In this document: in pieces, positions 29,398 to 42,258 of the stretch
Layout: every line of letters begins with the position of its first letter
Numbering within the stretch: the stretch's first letter is position 1
Made by a program: the position numbers and the translations under genes
Notes under the pieces: model-generated
Database searches by the model: none
What the model was told of the DNA's origin: nothing
Seen by the model: only the letters and a program-made list of their open reading frames with translations
Assembly (NCBI GenBank): GCA_937894805.1
Contig: CALAYR010000136.1
Coordinates: 2,084 to 66,083, forward strand
Reading direction: 5' to 3'
DNA: 64,000 nt
Source: an uncultured Acidimicrobiaceae bacterium
Lineage (GTDB): Bacteria > Actinomycetota > Acidimicrobiia > Acidimicrobiales > RAAP-2

Positions 29398-32300
29398 GTG
29401 CTGAAGCGCTCTGCGTTCCCGAATCGTTTCTCGTTCGCCGTACTGCCGGAACCAACCGTTGAGGGAGGGGCAAACTCCCTCTTCGACGCCGTCCACGACC
29501 AGATTAAGTTCCTGGAAGAGGGCGGATCGGCTGACAACCTGCTCACCAAGTACGGCGACTACGGCCCGCTGCACTTCCTTAACTTCCAGAACGACAAGTA
29601 CGGATGGTTCCTCCGCGACGGTCTGAAGAAGGCCTTTGAGGACATTTCGCCCATCAAGGACTCCACTGGCAAGCTCTCCTTGTACCTGACCTTTGATCCT
29701 GAGAACTCAGAGTCAATCGGGCCCGCCAAGCACACCGAAGCCGAGTGCGTCGAGCGTGGACTGACCTACCAGTGCCCAATCTTCGTCGAGGCGGAATTCC
29801 GCAACGAAGAGACCGGTGAAATTAAGCAGTCCTTCGTCTTCATGGGTGATGTACCCGTAATGACCGAGCGCGGCACCTTCATCTACAACGGTACCGAGCG
29901 TGTCGTTGTTTCACAGTTGCTCCGTTCCGACGGTATCTACACCGAGCCGGACCGTGACCCCAAGGGCAACATTACGTTCATCACTACCGTTATTCCGGTC
30001 CGTGGTGAGCGTCCCAAGTTCGCACTCGAAGTTGGTGACTCCACTCGCGTTGCCGTTCGTATCGGCAAGGGTAAGAAGGTCAACTCCTTCACCGTGCTGC
30101 GTGCACTCGACTCCCGCGTGGACTTCTCCTACCTCGAGAAGTTGGTTAACCACTTCGTCAGTGGTGCCAAGGGTGAAGTTCGCATTCTTGAAGGTGAGTT
30201 CGAAAAGTACCGCCTCAAGTTCTACGAGAAGTACGACAAGGACATTCACACCTTCGTCAACCGCGGTAACCGCACCAAGGACTGGAGCAACAAGCTCGCT
30301 AAGTTCGCGAACCAGTTGATCGAAGAGAAGAACATCGGCATGCTCGACGCATTGACGATGCACTTGGAAATCTTCCACGGTGGCGACGAAACCAAGCTCG
30401 GTCAGGCCGGCCAGGAAATGGCCCTCATCGAGATCTACAAGGCCTGGAAGGGTCTGGAGCCAGCCGACCGTTGGTTGGACGTCTTTGACATCGAAGCGTG
30501 GCGCTTGCCTTCGGCTCCGATTCCTGGTGACACCAACACCCCGAACAAGTTCCGCACCGCGATGGAATCACGTATCGAGCCGTTCTTCCGCATGGTCTTC
30601 TTGGACCCCACGAAGCCACTGCTCCCCGGTCAGATTGCTCGCACCAGCGAGCGCAGCCGCGCCAAGGCCGGTTTCGAAATCTCCGACCTCGGTCAGATTC
30701 GTATCGAGCGCAAGTTCGCTCGTTCCAACGAAGTCGCTCGTAACCGCGAACTCTTTGGCGAAGTCTTTGACGCGCCAGTTGGCGACAAGCGTTGGTTGAG
30801 CCCCGAAGAAGTGCTCGCCACGATCACCCACTTGTTGAACCTGCGCATTGCCTACTTGGCCGAGCGTACGCAGAATCAGAACGACCCCTCGAGCTACCGC
30901 ACCGACGACGTTGACCAGTTGAGCAACCGTCGTATCCGTAGCGTCGGTGAGCTCGTACTCATCGCGTACCGCGGTGGTCTTAACCGTATGGAGCGCGTCG
31001 TTCGTGATCGCATGACGACCCTCGACACCGAGGCCATCACGCCACAGGCGCTGATCAACATTCGTCCCGTTTCGGCGGCGGTCAAGGAGTTCTTCTCCTC
31101 GAGCCAGTTGAGCCAGTACCTCGACAACACCAACCCTCTCTCGGGTCTGACGAACAAGCGTCGTCTCTCGGCACTGGGCCTTGGTGGTCTGACGCGTGAG
31201 CGTGCCGGACTGGAAGTACGAGACGTACTCGCCTCGTACTACGGCCGCATCTGTCCGATCGAAACTCCCGAAGGTCCCAACGTTGGTCTGATCGGTTACT
31301 TCGCGAACTACGCCCTGCTCGACAGGCACGGTTTCATTCACAGCCCAATTCGTATTGTGAAGAACGGTGTGGCCTCGAGCGACTACCGCTGGATCAACTT
31401 CGAATCTGAGCCGTACTTGAAGATTGCCGCCGCCGAAACTGAGCTGGACGCCAACGGTCGCATCAAGGCCGACCGCGTCCTGATCCGTACCGGTTCGCCC
31501 GGTACCGGTATTCCTCACCACTCGGTGCCGGACAACCGTCTTGGTTCGACCGTGGCGGAATTCTCAATCGTTAATCGCGATGAAGTGGACGCGATGGACA
31601 TCTCACCCATTCAGAACATCTCGCTCTCGACGGCGTTGATTCCCTTCGTGGAGCACGACGACCCGCAGCGCGCACTGATGGGCGCCAACATGCAACGCCA
31701 GGCCGTTCCGCTGATCGTTCCCGAAGCTCCGTACGTTGGTACCGGCCTCGAGGCACGTGCTGCGGTCGACTCCGGCGAAGTCTTGATCGCCGAAGCTAAC
31801 GGTGTTGTTGCCGAAGTTTCGGGTGACCGCATTGTTGTCGACTACGAGATTGCCGTCCCCGTTCGTGACGAGCGTCCTTCCAAGAAGAAGACGTACAAGC
31901 TCAAGAAGTTCCGTCGTTCGAACCACGCCACCTCCATGCACCAGCGCTCACGCGTCTCGGTCGGTGACGTTGTTACGCCGGGCGACATCTTGGCTGACGG
32001 TACGTCAACCTCCAACGGTGAGTTGGCCCTCGGTAAGAACCTGCTCGTGGCCTACATGCCATGGGAGGGCTACAACTTCGAAGACGCCATCATCGTTTCC
32101 GAGCGCTTGGTGAAGGACGACGTCTTGACGTCGGTTCACATCGAGAAGTTCGAGTGTGACGCCCGTGACGTGAAGTTGGGTCAAGAAGAAATCACTCGCG
32201 ACATCCCGAACCTGCCTGAGAACATCTTGGCCAACCTCGACGACCGCGGCATCATCCGCATCGGTTCCGAAGTTGCTCCCGGTGACATCCTCGTTGGAAA

Positions 32301-33504
32301 GGTCACCCCGAAGGGTGAGTCCGAGCCTTCGCCAGAAGAGCGCCTCCTACGCGCCATCTTCGGTGACAAGGCCGACGACGTTCGTGACGTTTCACTCCGT
32401 CTGCCTCACGGTCAGTTCGGAACGGTTATCGACATCAAGGTCATCGAGCGTGACGGTGAAGAAGAGTTGCCACCAGGTGTAAACCAGTTGGTTCGCGTCT
32501 TCGTTGCTCAGAAGCGCAAGATCCAAGAAGGCGACAAGCTCGCCGGTCGTCACGGTAACAAGGGTGTTATCTCCAAGATTCTTCCTGAAGAAGACATGCC
32601 CTACATGCCTGACGGTTCGCCAGTCGACATCATCTTGAGCCCACTCGGTGTGCCAAGTCGAATGAACGTTGGACAGCTGCTCGAGAGTCACCTCGGTTAC
32701 GCCGCGCGTCACGGTTGGAAGGGTGCCGACAGGAACCCCAAGGCCGGTACCGCTGGACACGACGACAGCGCCCTGCGCAAGACCCGTCCTCGCACCGAGC
32801 CCGCGCTCTACGTTTCATCGCCCGCCTTCGATGGTGCGCGTTGGGACCAAGAGGACGCTCGTAGCGACAAGCCCAACATCAAGCAGGTCTTCGCCGCCCT
32901 CAACGCCGATGGCGCCGATGGCCGTCGCATGACTTCCGACGCGAACGATGGCAAGGTCACCTTGTACAACGGTCGTACCGGTGAGGCTTACGACAGTCCG
33001 ATCGCCGTGGGTTACGCCTACATCTTGAAGCTCTCCCACATGGTGGACGACAAGATTCACGCCCGTTCAACTGGTCCCTACGCGCTGGTTACCCAGCAGC
33101 CCATCGGTGGTAAGGCCCAGTTCGGTGGACAGCGCTTCGGTGAGATGGAAGTGTGGGCCCTCGAGGCCTACGGTGCGGCACACGCACTCCAGGAACTCAT
33201 CACCGTTAAGTCCGACGACACCCGTGGTCGTGAGTGGACGTACGAGGCCATCGTTAAGGGTGAGAACCTGCCGAAGCCTGGTGTCCCCGAGTCCTTCAAG
33301 GCTCTGGTTAAGGAAATGCAAGCACTCTGCTTGAACGTTGAGGTTCGCACGTCGAACGGTCAGCTGGTTCAACTGGTCGACGAAGACGACGACTACTTAA
33401 GCCGCACCCGTTTGCTCGGCATCAACATTCAGCGACAAGAACACGGTTCGGACGAAGAAGATGCACGTCGTCAGGCCGAGCGCAACGAGAGGAAGTTCCA
33501 GTAA
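29398..33504 (+). CDS. rpoB: DNA-directed RNA polymerase beta subunit (unusually long, 1368 aa)
   Basis: GTG start after a gaagga SD. Conserved blocks [86 protein letters not shown] and [19 protein letters not shown]. Confidence 0.97.
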   Translation: MLKRSAFPNRFSFAVLPEPTVEGGANSLFDAVHDQIKFLEEGGSADNLLTKYGDYGPLHFLNFQNDKYGWFLRDGLKKAFEDISPIKDSTGKLSLYLTFDPENSESIGPAKHTEAECVERGLTYQCPIFVEAEFRNEETGEIKQSFVFMGDVPVMTERGTFIYNGTERVVVSQLLRSDGIYTEPDRDPKGNITFITTVIPVRGERPKFALEVGDSTRVAVRIGKGKKVNSFTVLRALDSRVDFSYLEKLVNHFVSGAKGEVRILEGEFEKYRLKFYEKYDKDIHTFVNRGNRTKDWSNKLAKFANQLIEEKNIGMLDALTMHLEIFHGGDETKLGQAGQEMALIEIYKAWKGLEPADRWLDVFDIEAWRLPSAPIPGDTNTPNKFRTAMESRIEPFFRMVFLDPTKPLLPGQIARTSERSRAKAGFEISDLGQIRIERKFARSNEVARNRELFGEVFDAPVGDKRWLSPEEVLATITHLLNLRIAYLAERTQNQNDPSSYRTDDVDQLSNRRIRSVGELVLIAYRGGLNRMERVVRDRMTTLDTEAITPQALINIRPVSAAVKEFFSSSQLSQYLDNTNPLSGLTNKRRLSALGLGGLTRERAGLEVRDVLASYYGRICPIETPEGPNVGLIGYFANYALLDRHGFIHSPIRIVKNGVASSDYRWINFESEPYLKIAAAETELDANGRIKADRVLIRTGSPGTGIPHHSVPDNRLGSTVAEFSIVNRDEVDAMDISPIQNISLSTALIPFVEHDDPQRALMGANMQRQAVPLIVPEAPYVGTGLEARAAVDSGEVLIAEANGVVAEVSGDRIVVDYEIAVPVRDERPSKKKTYKLKKFRRSNHATSMHQRSRVSVGDVVTPGDILADGTSTSNGELALGKNLLVAYMPWEGYNFEDAIIVSERLVKDDVLTSVHIEKFECDARDVKLGQEEITRDIPNLPENILANLDDRGIIRIGSEVAPGDILVGKVTPKGESEPSPEERLLRAIFGDKADDVRDVSLRLPHGQFGTVIDIKVIERDGEEELPPGVNQLVRVFVAQKRKIQEGDKLAGRHGNKGVISKILPEEDMPYMPDGSPVDIILSPLGVPSRMNVGQLLESHLGYAARHGWKGADRNPKAGTAGHDDSALRKTRPRTEPALYVSSPAFDGARWDQEDARSDKPNIKQVFAALNADGADGRRMTSDANDGKVTLYNGRTGEAYDSPIAVGYAYILKLSHMVDDKIHARSTGPYALVTQQPIGGKAQFGGQRFGEMEVWALEAYGAAHALQELITVKSDDTRGREWTYEAIVKGENLPKPGVPESFKALVKEMQALCLNVEVRTSNGQLVQLVDEDDDYLSRTRLLGINIQRQEHGSDEEDARRQAERNERKFQ

Positions 33505-36500
33505 TGAGCCCCGTCAACGTAAGTACCATCGACCAGCTCCGTATTGGCTTGGCCAGCGCCAAGGACATCCACTCGTGGACCTCGGGCGAAGTCAAGAAGC
33601 CAGAAACCGTTAACTACCGCACCAACAAGCCTGAAAAGGACGGACTCTTCTGCGAGAAGATCTTCGGACCCCAGAAGGCTTGGGAGTGTGCCTGTGGCAA
33701 GTACAAGCGCGTCCACGTCAAGGGTCTCGTTTGTGAGCGTTGCGGGGTTGAAGTAACAAGTGACAAGGTGCGCCGCGAGCGCATGGGTCACATCCAACTC
33801 CAGGCCCCCGTTGTTCACATTTGGTACCTCCGCGGTACCCGTTCGTGGTTGACCTACCTCTTGATGGGTCTCGACCCTAAGGAAGAGCTCAAGGCCAAGC
33901 AGTTGGAGAAGGTTGTGTACTACTCCGCACGTCTCGTGACCTACGTTGACGTTGCTCGCCGCGCCGAAGACCTCAAGACGTTGGCCGAAGCCCTCGAGGA
34001 CGAGACCAAGGACATCTTGGCCGGTCGCGAGCGGACCCTCGAGCGTTACCAGCGCGAGTTCGAAGCTCGCCTGGAGTACTTGAAGAACGACAACTCTCGT
34101 GACGCCGAACTGCGCACCGCGCAGAAGGAATTCGACGAGCGTTGCCTCGAAGCCCGTGACGGTGCCCAGTTGGCCATCGACATGGCCAACCAGGCCTTCG
34201 ACACGTTCCGCACGTTGCACTCACGTCAGATCATCGAAGACGAATTGCTCTACCGCGAAATGCTCATGCGTTACGAGGAGTACTTCGAAGGTGGCATGGG
34301 TGCCGACGCAATCTTGCAGCTCATCGACCGCATGGACCTCGACGCCGAAGAGGCGCAGATGGTCGAAATGCTCGACGGTAAGAGCGGCGTCAAGATTTCT
34401 GCTCAGCGTCACGCCAAGTTGCTCAAGCGTCTCGCCGTAGTCCAGGCCTTCAACCGCCGCGACGACAACGGCCGACGGTTGAACGACCCCAGCGCGATGA
34501 TCTTGCAGGTTCTCCCCGTCATCCCGCCGGACTTGCGTCCGATGGTGCAGCTCGATGGTGGACGTCAGGCCACGAGTGACTTGAACGACCTCTACCGTCG
34601 CGTGATCAACCGCAACAACCGTCTTAAGAAGTTGCTCGAGTCGGACAGCCCCGCGATCATCGTGAACAACGAACGTCGCATGCTGCAAGAGGCCGTTGAC
34701 GCCTTGATCGACAACGGTCGTCACGGCCGTGCGGCGTCGGGCCCATCGGGTCGTCCCGCAAAGAGCCTCACCGACGTGTTGAAGGGTAAGCAGGGTCGTT
34801 TCCGTCAGAACTTGCTCGGTAAGCGCGTTGACTACTCGGCCCGTTCGGTCATCGTCGTTGGTCCGCGCCTGAAGCTGCACCAGTGTGGTCTGCCGAAGAT
34901 CATGGCCCTCGAACTCTTCAAGCCATTCGTAATGCGGGCCCTCATGGCCGACGGCACGGCGCAGAACATTCGTTCCGCGAAGCGCATGGTCGAGCAGCGC
35001 CACGTTGCGGTGTGGGAGAAGCTCGAGTACGTAACTCGCGAGCACCCCGTGCTCTTGAACCGTGCCCCCACCCTTCACCGTCTCGGTGTCCAGGCCTTCG
35101 AGCCCGTACTTGTTGACGGCAAGGCCATCCAGGTTCACCCACTCGTTTGTAAGGCCTTCAACGCTGACTTCGACGGTGACACCATGGCGGTACACGTTCC
35201 GCTGAGCGCCGAAGCTCAGGCTGAAGCTCGCATCCTCATGCTGTCGGTGAACAACATCTTCACCCCCGCTACCGGACGCGCCATCACGGAGCCGAGCCAG
35301 GACATGGTCTTGGGTATCTACTACCTAACCCGTGACGCCAAGATCAAGGCTGAGCGCCCACCGGTCTTCCGTCAGATCCACGAAATCGAAGCGGCCCTCG
35401 AGCGCAACATCATCACGTTGCACACCGAGATCGAACTTCGTACTTCGACGGATGCATCCGAATCGAGCCTCGCCGCTCGTTTGGCTTCCGCTGACTTTGC
35501 CGCCGAAGGTGCTCGTCGTTCAATCCGCACGACCCCTGGTCGCGTGATCTTCAACGAGGCGCTGCCTTCGGGCTACCGCTTCATCAACCAGTTGGTTGGT
35601 AAGAACTCGTTGCCTATCGGCGTGATTGTCGAAGAGATTGCGAACGGTTACACCCGTAAGCAAGTAGCCAACGCCCTCGACGCCATCAAGGACCTTGGTT
35701 TCCGTTACGCCAGCCAGAGTGGTTTGACCATTGGCTTCGATGACATCGTGACCAGTCCTCGTAAGGCCGAGATTCTCGACAGCTACGAGAAGGACGCCGA
35801 AAAGGTTGAGCAGAACTTCAACAAGGGTGTCATCATCGACGAAGAGCGTCGTCAGTTGCAGATCGACATTTGGACTCGCGCTAACCGCGAACTCAGTGAC
35901 GTTTGCTACGGTGCGCTCGACGCCCAAGTCGACAACCCCATCCGCATGATGGTGGACTCGGGTGCTCGTGGTAACCGCCAGCAGATCCTCCAGATCACCG
36001 CCATGAAGGGACTCGTTGTTAACTCCCGCGGTGAAATTGAGCACCGACCTGCGAAGAGCTCATTCCGTGAAGGTCTTACTTCATGGGAGTACTTCGTATC
36101 GTTGCACGGAACTCGTAAGGGTCTCGCCGACACCGCACTACGTACCGCTGACTCGGGTTACTTGACCCGTCGTCTCGTTGACGTCGCGCAGGAGCTCATC
36201 ATCAAGGAAATGAACTGTGGCACCAGCCGCAGTCTGCTCATTGAGAATGTGGCTCCCGACACGGCCGCCGTTCGTTCGCACCTCGAGACCAAGCTCTGGG
36301 GCCGCATGCTGGCTCAAGACCTCGAGACCAGCGAAGGTGTTCTGCCCGCCGGCACAATCCTCGCGATCGCCGACGTCGAGCGTTTGCGCGACGACGCCAA
36401 GGTCGACTCCATCCGGGTGCGCACCACGCTCGTCTGCGAAGCAGCCGAAGGTATCTGTGCGTCGTGTTACGGACTCAGCCTCGCGACCCACGAACTCGTC

Positions 36501-37538
36501 GAACTCGGCGAAGCCGTTGGTGTGGTGGCCGCTCAGTCAATCGGTGAGCCTGGTACTCAGCTGACCATGCGTACCTTCCACTCCGGTGGTGTAGGTGGCC
36601 GTGACATTACTCACGGTCTGCCTCGCGTGGTTGAGCTCTTCGAAGCTCGTTCACCAAAGGGTGCCGCCACCATGGCTGAGCACTCCGGTGTTGTTCGCAT
36701 CGAGCGTTCCGACGCTCCCGGTGTGAACGCGGCCGCGAAGGTACTTGTGATTGCTAACAACGGTGACATCCAAGAGGCCCTCATTCCGCCACGTGACTTG
36801 ATCGTGGCCGAAGGTGCCGAAGTGGAAGCCGGACAGCCACTGAACCGTGGACCACTCGACCCGAAGATGATTATGGAGCTGCGCGGTACGCGTGACGCCC
36901 AGCGTTATCTGGTGGAAGAAGTCCAGGGCGTCTACCGTGACCAGGGAGTTTCGATCCACGACAAGCACATTGAGCTCGTTGTGCGTCAGATGACCCGCCG
37001 TATCCAGGTCGTGAACAAGGGTGATTCGGACTTCTTGCCCGGTGCCCTCATCGACGCCAAGAACTTCGACGACTCCAACAAGGGTCTCGAAGCGGCCGGT
37101 AAGGCTCTGGCCGACGGTCGTGCCCGCATGATGGGTATCACCAAGACGTCACTGTCCACTGACTCCTGGCTCGCCGCCGCCTCCTTCCAGGAGACGACCC
37201 GAGTCCTGACCGAAGCAGCCATCAGCGGTAAGCGCGATGACCTGATCGGTCTGAAGGAAAACATCATCATCGGTAAGTTGATTCCTGCCGGTCTGGGCCA
37301 GCCACACTTTGCGGCTCGCCAGATCAAGCTGGAGATGCCTAACGCCGAACTGCTCCCCGAGTGGGCAACCTGGCGCGATGACGACTCTGACCTCGCCGAC
37401 ATTTTGGGCGAGTTTGGGGATGCCAACAGTGACACCCTCGACGATGACCTGCGGGACTTCCTCAGTATTGGCGAAGGTAACTACACCGCAATCGACGATT
37501 TGCTCGGTGGTCCAGACGAGCCGGCGAGCGGGGAGTAG
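33504..37538 (+). CDS. rpoC: DNA-directed RNA polymerase beta-prime subunit
   Basis: 1344 aa. The ATG overlaps the rpoB stop (TAATG). Zn-finger CACGKYKR...CERCG, catalytic NADFDGD, and a long coiled-coil insertion after about residue 130 as in actinobacterial beta-prime. Confidence 0.97.
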   Translation: MSPVNVSTIDQLRIGLASAKDIHSWTSGEVKKPETVNYRTNKPEKDGLFCEKIFGPQKAWECACGKYKRVHVKGLVCERCGVEVTSDKVRRERMGHIQLQAPVVHIWYLRGTRSWLTYLLMGLDPKEELKAKQLEKVVYYSARLVTYVDVARRAEDLKTLAEALEDETKDILAGRERTLERYQREFEARLEYLKNDNSRDAELRTAQKEFDERCLEARDGAQLAIDMANQAFDTFRTLHSRQIIEDELLYREMLMRYEEYFEGGMGADAILQLIDRMDLDAEEAQMVEMLDGKSGVKISAQRHAKLLKRLAVVQAFNRRDDNGRRLNDPSAMILQVLPVIPPDLRPMVQLDGGRQATSDLNDLYRRVINRNNRLKKLLESDSPAIIVNNERRMLQEAVDALIDNGRHGRAASGPSGRPAKSLTDVLKGKQGRFRQNLLGKRVDYSARSVIVVGPRLKLHQCGLPKIMALELFKPFVMRALMADGTAQNIRSAKRMVEQRHVAVWEKLEYVTREHPVLLNRAPTLHRLGVQAFEPVLVDGKAIQVHPLVCKAFNADFDGDTMAVHVPLSAEAQAEARILMLSVNNIFTPATGRAITEPSQDMVLGIYYLTRDAKIKAERPPVFRQIHEIEAALERNIITLHTEIELRTSTDASESSLAARLASADFAAEGARRSIRTTPGRVIFNEALPSGYRFINQLVGKNSLPIGVIVEEIANGYTRKQVANALDAIKDLGFRYASQSGLTIGFDDIVTSPRKAEILDSYEKDAEKVEQNFNKGVIIDEERRQLQIDIWTRANRELSDVCYGALDAQVDNPIRMMVDSGARGNRQQILQITAMKGLVVNSRGEIEHRPAKSSFREGLTSWEYFVSLHGTRKGLADTALRTADSGYLTRRLVDVAQELIIKEMNCGTSRSLLIENVAPDTAAVRSHLETKLWGRMLAQDLETSEGVLPAGTILAIADVERLRDDAKVDSIRVRTTLVCEAAEGICASCYGLSLATHELVELGEAVGVVAAQSIGEPGTQLTMRTFHSGGVGGRDITHGLPRVVELFEARSPKGAATMAEHSGVVRIERSDAPGVNAAAKVLVIANNGDIQEALIPPRDLIVAEGAEVEAGQPLNRGPLDPKMIMELRGTRDAQRYLVEEVQGVYRDQGVSIHDKHIELVVRQMTRRIQVVNKGDSDFLPGALIDAKNFDDSNKGLEAAGKALADGRARMMGITKTSLSTDSWLAAASFQETTRVLTEAAISGKRDDLIGLKENIIIGKLIPAGLGQPHFAARQIKLEMPNAELLPEWATWRDDDSDLADILGEFGDANSDTLDDDLRDFLSIGEGNYTAIDDLLGGPDEPASGE

Positions 37539-37567
37539 CACCGTACTAACAAGCCTCGAAAGGCACG

Positions 37568-37591
37568 GCCCGACACCGCTCGGTGTCGGGC
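37568..37591 (+). terminator. hairpin terminator after rpoC
   Basis: gcccgacacc-gctc-ggtgtcgggc, a perfect 10-bp stem followed by ttg. Confidence 0.6.
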
Positions 37592-37684
37592 TTGCCCTCG
37601 AGCACCAATTTGTCGTAGGATAACCAGTCCGTGTGCCGGTAGGTGTAACAACCGGTACGAGATTTTTAACAGAAGAGGTTCCGC

Positions 37685-38059
37685 GTGCCCACCATCGCAC
37701 AGCTAGTCCGCAAGGGCCGGCAGGAAAAGACCAGTAAGACCAAGACGCCAGCCCTCAAGGGCTCGCCACAGCGCCGCGGCGTGTGCACTCGTGTGCACAC
37801 CGTGACGCCGAAAAAGCCGAACTCGGCCCTCCGTAAGGTGGCCCGTGTCCGTCTGACCTCGGGTGTCGAAGTCACCGCCTACATCCCAGGTGTGGGGCAC
37901 AACCTCCAGGAGCACTCCATTGTGCTGGTCCGTGGTGGCCGTGTGAAGGACCTCCCCGGTGTTCGCTACAAGATCATTCGCGGCGCGCTCGACACCTCCG
38001 GTGTTCGTGACCGCAAGCAGGCCCGTAGTCGCTACGGAGCTAAGAAGGAGAAGGCCTAA
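37685..38059 (+). CDS. rpsL: 30S ribosomal protein S12
   Basis: 124 aa; [22 protein letters not shown] and [13 protein letters not shown]. The streptomycin-related Lys positions are wild-type. Confidence 0.97.
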   Translation: MPTIAQLVRKGRQEKTSKTKTPALKGSPQRRGVCTRVHTVTPKKPNSALRKVARVRLTSGVEVTAYIPGVGHNLQEHSIVLVRGGRVKDLPGVRYKIIRGALDTSGVRDRKQARSRYGAKKEKA

Positions 38060-38529
38060 TGCCTCGTTCAGGTCCCGCCCCTCGCCGTGAAGTACCGGCT
38101 GACCCTATTTACAAGTCGATTCTCGTAACGCAGATCACCAACAAGATCCTCGAGCGTGGCAAGCGCACGCTGGCCGAAAACATCGTCTACAGCGCCCTCG
38201 AAATGGTGGAGCAGAAGACCGGTGCCGACCCCGTCGCCGCGCTCAAGCGCGCCCTCGAAAACGTTCGTCCTGAACTCGAAGTCCGCAGCCGCCGCGTTGG
38301 TGGTTCGACCTACCAGGTGCCAGTAGAAGTTCGTCCCCGTCGCGCTACGACGTTGGCGATTCGCTGGTTGACCGACTACGCCAAGGCCCGCCGTGAGCGC
38401 ACCATGGCCGAGCGTCTCGCTAACGAGATCATTGACGCCAGCAACGGCATTGGTGCCGCGGTGAAGCGCAAAGATGACATTCAAAAGATGGCAGAGTCCA
38501 ACAAGGCTTTCGCCCACTACCGCTGGTAA
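38059..38529 (+). CDS. rpsG: 30S ribosomal protein S7
   Basis: 156 aa; [22 protein letters not shown]. Confidence 0.97.
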   Translation: MPRSGPAPRREVPADPIYKSILVTQITNKILERGKRTLAENIVYSALEMVEQKTGADPVAALKRALENVRPELEVRSRRVGGSTYQVPVEVRPRRATTLAIRWLTDYAKARRERTMAERLANEIIDASNGIGAAVKRKDDIQKMAESNKAFAHYRW

Positions 38530-38545
38530 TTAGGGATATTTTTTC

Positions 38546-40633
38546 ATGACTGACCGCGTAATCGCACTCGAAAACGTCCGCAATATTGGCATTATGGCCC
38601 ACATCGACGCCGGTAAGACGACGACGACTGAGCGCATCTTGTTCTACACCGGAAAGAACTACAAAATCGGTGAAGTACACGAAGGCGCCGCCACCATGGA
38701 CTGGATGGTCCAGGAGCAAGAGCGCGGTATCACCATCACCTCGGCCGCTACCACCTGTGAGTGGAACGGCCACCAGATCAACATCATCGACACCCCCGGA
38801 CACGTTGACTTCACGGTTGAAGTAGAGCGTTCGCTCCGCGTGCTCGACGGCGCCGTCGCCGTCTTTGACGCCGTGGCCGGTGTTGAGCCTCAGACCGAAA
38901 CGGTATGGCGCCAAGCCAACAAGTACAACGTTCCTCGTATCTGCTTCGTGAACAAGATGGACCGTATCGGTGCCGACTTCTTCCGTTGCGTCGACATGAT
39001 CAAGGACCGTCTCGACTGCACCCCCGCCGTCATTCAGCTGCCCATCGGTGCTGAGAGTGAGTACAAGGGCATCATCGACATCTGCTCGATGACCGCCACC
39101 ATTCACCACGACGACAAGGGCGAAGTCGTTGAAGTTATCGACATCCCCGCCGAGTACAAAGAGCAGGCCGAGGAGTACCACGCGATGCTGTTGGACGTCC
39201 TCACGACGTTCGATGACGAGCTCATGGAAAAGATGCTTGGCGACGAAGTACCAACGACCGCTGACATCCGTCGTGCGCTGCGTGTCGGTACCTTGAACGG
39301 TCACTGCGTCCCAATCTTGAACGGCACCGCCTTCAAGAACAAGGGTGTTCAGCCCATGCTCGACGCCGTTGTGGACTTCCTCCCCAGCCCCCTCGACCTC
39401 CCACCAACCCAGGGCACCAAGCCGGGCAAGGATGAGGTTGTGGAGCGCCGCGCTGACGACTCCGAGCCCTTCGCGGCCCTCGCCTTCAAGATCATGACCG
39501 ACCCCTACGTCGGTAAGTTGACCTACCTGCGCGTCTACTCGGGCACCCTGCACAAGGGTGACACTGTCATCAACACGACGAAGGGCTCTAAGAAGGAGCG
39601 CCTCGGCCGTCTGCTGCAGATGCACGCCAACAACCGTGAGGACCGCGACACGATCCGCACCGGTGACATTGTCGCCGCCGTTGGTCTTAAGCAGGTCACC
39701 ACTGGTGACACCTTGTCCGACATGGACAAGCCAATTCAGCTCGAAACCCTCGAGTTCCCCGAGCCCGTCATCCACGTGGCCGTGGAGCCAAAGACCAAGG
39801 CTGACCAGGAGAAACTGTCCAAGGCGCTCTACTCGCTGTCCGAAGAAGACCCCACCTTCCGCGTCCGTACCGACGAAGAGACCGGCCAGACCGTCATCTC
39901 CGGAATGGGTGAGTTGCACCTCGAAGTGCTCGTGGACCGTATGTTGCGTGAATTCGCCGTGGACGCCAACGTAGGTAAGCCTCAGGTGGCCTACCGCGAG
40001 ACGATCCGCAAGACGGTTGAAAAGGTTGAAGAGAAGTACGTTCGCCAGTCCGGTGGTAAGGGTCAGTACGGTCACGTGGTTATCACGTTCGAACCGACCG
40101 GTCCCGGCGGTGGCTATGAATTCCTCGACGAAATCAGCGGTGGTGTGATTCCTAAGGAATACATCCAGCCCGTGAACCAGGGCATCCAGGAAGCTTTGAC
40201 TTCCGGTGTTTTGGCCGGCTACCCCATGGTGGACGTTCGCGTTCGCCTGACCTTCGGTAGCTACCACGACGTTGACTCCTCCGAAATGGCCTTCAAAATC
40301 GCCGGTTCCATGTGCGTGAAGAAGGCCGCCCGTCTGGCCAGCCCCGTGCTCCTCGAGCCCGTGATGGCCGTCGAAGTCGTGACACCCGAGGACTACATGG
40401 GTGACGTGATCGGTGACCTTTCCAGTCGCCGCGGACGTGTAGAAGGCATGGAGCAGAAGGGAAACAGCCAGGCAATCCGGGCCCAAGTTCCCTTGGCTGA
40501 CATGTTCGGCTACGCTACTGACCTGCGTTCACGCACCCAAGGGCGCGCGACGTACACGATGCAATTCCATTCGTACGCTGAAGTACCTGAGTCGATCGCT
40601 AAAGAGATCGTCGCGAAGGCCACCGGAGCGTAA
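38546..40633 (+). CDS. fusA: elongation factor G
   Basis: 695 aa; G-motifs [17 protein letters not shown] and NKMD. Confidence 0.97.
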   Translation: MTDRVIALENVRNIGIMAHIDAGKTTTTERILFYTGKNYKIGEVHEGAATMDWMVQEQERGITITSAATTCEWNGHQINIIDTPGHVDFTVEVERSLRVLDGAVAVFDAVAGVEPQTETVWRQANKYNVPRICFVNKMDRIGADFFRCVDMIKDRLDCTPAVIQLPIGAESEYKGIIDICSMTATIHHDDKGEVVEVIDIPAEYKEQAEEYHAMLLDVLTTFDDELMEKMLGDEVPTTADIRRALRVGTLNGHCVPILNGTAFKNKGVQPMLDAVVDFLPSPLDLPPTQGTKPGKDEVVERRADDSEPFAALAFKIMTDPYVGKLTYLRVYSGTLHKGDTVINTTKGSKKERLGRLLQMHANNREDRDTIRTGDIVAAVGLKQVTTGDTLSDMDKPIQLETLEFPEPVIHVAVEPKTKADQEKLSKALYSLSEEDPTFRVRTDEETGQTVISGMGELHLEVLVDRMLREFAVDANVGKPQVAYRETIRKTVEKVEEKYVRQSGGKGQYGHVVITFEPTGPGGGYEFLDEISGGVIPKEYIQPVNQGIQEALTSGVLAGYPMVDVRVRLTFGSYHDVDSSEMAFKIAGSMCVKKAARLASPVLLEPVMAVEVVTPEDYMGDVIGDLSSRRGRVEGMEQKGNSQAIRAQVPLADMFGYATDLRSRTQGRATYTMQFHSYAEVPESIAKEIVAKATGA

Positions 40634-40738
40634 GAAGCTAGGAAACTAGCAACAATGGTCCAAACCGTAGTCGGGGAGGGCCGCAAGAAAAAATGCTTCT
40701 TCAAACGAAGAAGCCTCAAGAGAAAGTAATCCCCGACA

Positions 40739-41926
40739 ATGGCAAAGGCAAAGTTCGAGCGCACCAAGCCGCACGTGAACATCGGCACCATGGGCCACAT
40801 TGACCACGGTAAGACCACTCTTACCGCGGCGATCACCAAGGTCCTTTCAGACCGTGTTCCCGGCAGTGCATTCACCCCATTCGACCAGATTGACAAGGCT
40901 CCCGAAGAGCGTCAGCGCGGTATCACCATCTCGATTGCTCACGTTGAGTACGAGACCCCGAACCGTCACTACGCACACGTCGACATGCCTGGTCACGCTG
41001 ACTACGTCAAGAACATGATCACCGGTGCCGCTCAGGTTGACGGTGCAATCCTCGTGGTTGCCGCAACTGACGGTCCTATGGCTCAGACCCGCGAGCACGT
41101 GCTGCTCGCTCGTCAGGTCGGTGTTCCTTACATCGTTGTTGCCCTGAACAAGGCCGACATGGTGGAAGACGAAGAGCTCCTCGACCTCGTCGAGATGGAA
41201 GTTCGCGAACTGCTCAGCAGCTACGACTTCCCCGGTGACGACACCCCAATCATCCGCGTTTCAGCCCGTGAGGCGCTGGAAGGCAACGAAGCGTGGGGCG
41301 ACAAGATCATGGAACTCATGGCTGCCGTCGACGACTTCGTACCAGAACCAGTCCGTGACACCGCGAAGCCCTTCCTCATGTCGATCGAAGACGTTATGTC
41401 GATCACTGGTCGTGGCACCGTAGTTACCGGAAAGGTCGAGCAGGGCATCATCAAGGTCGGCGATGAAGTTGAGATCGTCGGTTTGACTGACACCCAGAAG
41501 ACCACCGTTACCGGTATCGAAATGTTCCGTAAGCTCCTCGACGAAGGCCAGGCTGGCGACAACCTGGGTGCCCTTCTCCGTGGAACGAAGAAGGAAGAAG
41601 TTGAGCGCGGTCAGGTTCTCTGCAAGCCAGGCTCCATCACCCCTCACACCATCTTCGAAGCCAACGTGTACGTGTTGACCAAGGACGAAGGTGGCCGTCA
41701 CAAGCCTTTCTTCGCCAACTACCGTCCGCAGTTCTACTTCCGTACGACTGACGTAACCGGTACCATCGAGCTGCCTGCCGGCACCGAAATGGTTATGCCT
41801 GGTGACAACACCGCCATGACCGTGACCCTCGGCAAGCCAATCGCTATGGAAGAGGGTCTCACCTTCTCCATCCGCGAAGGTGGCCGTACGGTCGGTTCCG
41901 GTCGTGTAACGAAGATCCTGAAGTAG
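40739..41926 (+). CDS. tuf: elongation factor Tu
   Basis: 395 aa; [17 protein letters not shown] and NKADM. Confidence 0.97.
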   Translation: MAKAKFERTKPHVNIGTMGHIDHGKTTLTAAITKVLSDRVPGSAFTPFDQIDKAPEERQRGITISIAHVEYETPNRHYAHVDMPGHADYVKNMITGAAQVDGAILVVAATDGPMAQTREHVLLARQVGVPYIVVALNKADMVEDEELLDLVEMEVRELLSSYDFPGDDTPIIRVSAREALEGNEAWGDKIMELMAAVDDFVPEPVRDTAKPFLMSIEDVMSITGRGTVVTGKVEQGIIKVGDEVEIVGLTDTQKTTVTGIEMFRKLLDEGQAGDNLGALLRGTKKEEVERGQVLCKPGSITPHTIFEANVYVLTKDEGGRHKPFFANYRPQFYFRTTDVTGTIELPAGTEMVMPGDNTAMTVTLGKPIAMEEGLTFSIREGGRTVGSGRVTKILK

Positions 41927-41937
41927 GTATCTGAGTC

Positions 41938-42258
41938 ATGGCCGAAAAGCAGATGATTCGTATCAGGCTCAAGGCCTTTGATCACGAAGTTCTGGACCAG
42001 TCCTGTGCCAAAATCGTGCAAACGGTTGAGCGCACGACGGCTCGGATCCAGGGTCCCGTGCCACTGCCAACTGAGAAGCACCGTTACACGGTGGTTCGCG
42101 GACCGCACAAGCACAAGGACAGCCGCGAGCACTTCGAGATGCGTATTCACAAGCGTCTGTTGGACATCGTGGACCACACCCCCAAGACCGTTGATGCGCT
42201 TCAGCGCCTCGACCTCCCTGCGGGCGTGGACATCGAGATCAAAATTCGTAATAACTAA
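41938..42258 (+). CDS. rpsJ: 30S ribosomal protein S10
   Basis: 106 aa; [16 protein letters not shown] and [26 protein letters not shown]. Confidence 0.97.
   Translation: MAEKQMIRIRLKAFDHEVLDQSCAKIVQTVERTTARIQGPVPLPTEKHRYTVVRGPHKHKDSREHFEMRIHKRLLDIVDHTPKTVDALQRLDLPAGVDIEIKIRNN

Noticed and set aside
38429-40486. 685-aa minus-strand ORF spanning most of fusA
   Set aside because: It is antisense to an unambiguous EF-G frame. Its composition is Gly/Val/Asp/His-rich and low-complexity, as is typical of antisense frames in high-GC genes, and it has no recognisable motif. The same reasoning applies to 4042-5406 (antisense to pccB), 27181-28203, 33471-34220, 34221-35195, 41734-42705 and 42891-43847.
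40655-40729. 24-aa basic ORF (MVQTVVGEGRKKKCFFKRRSLKRK) and hairpin gcttcttc-aaac-gaagaagc (40695-40714) in the fusA-tuf spacer
   Set aside because: The ORF is tiny, lacks a Shine-Dalgarno and lies in an AT-rich spacer where such frames arise by chance. The hairpin has no U-tract. It is more likely part of the tuf 5' UTR or a processing site. It would be reconsidered only if conserved in relatives.
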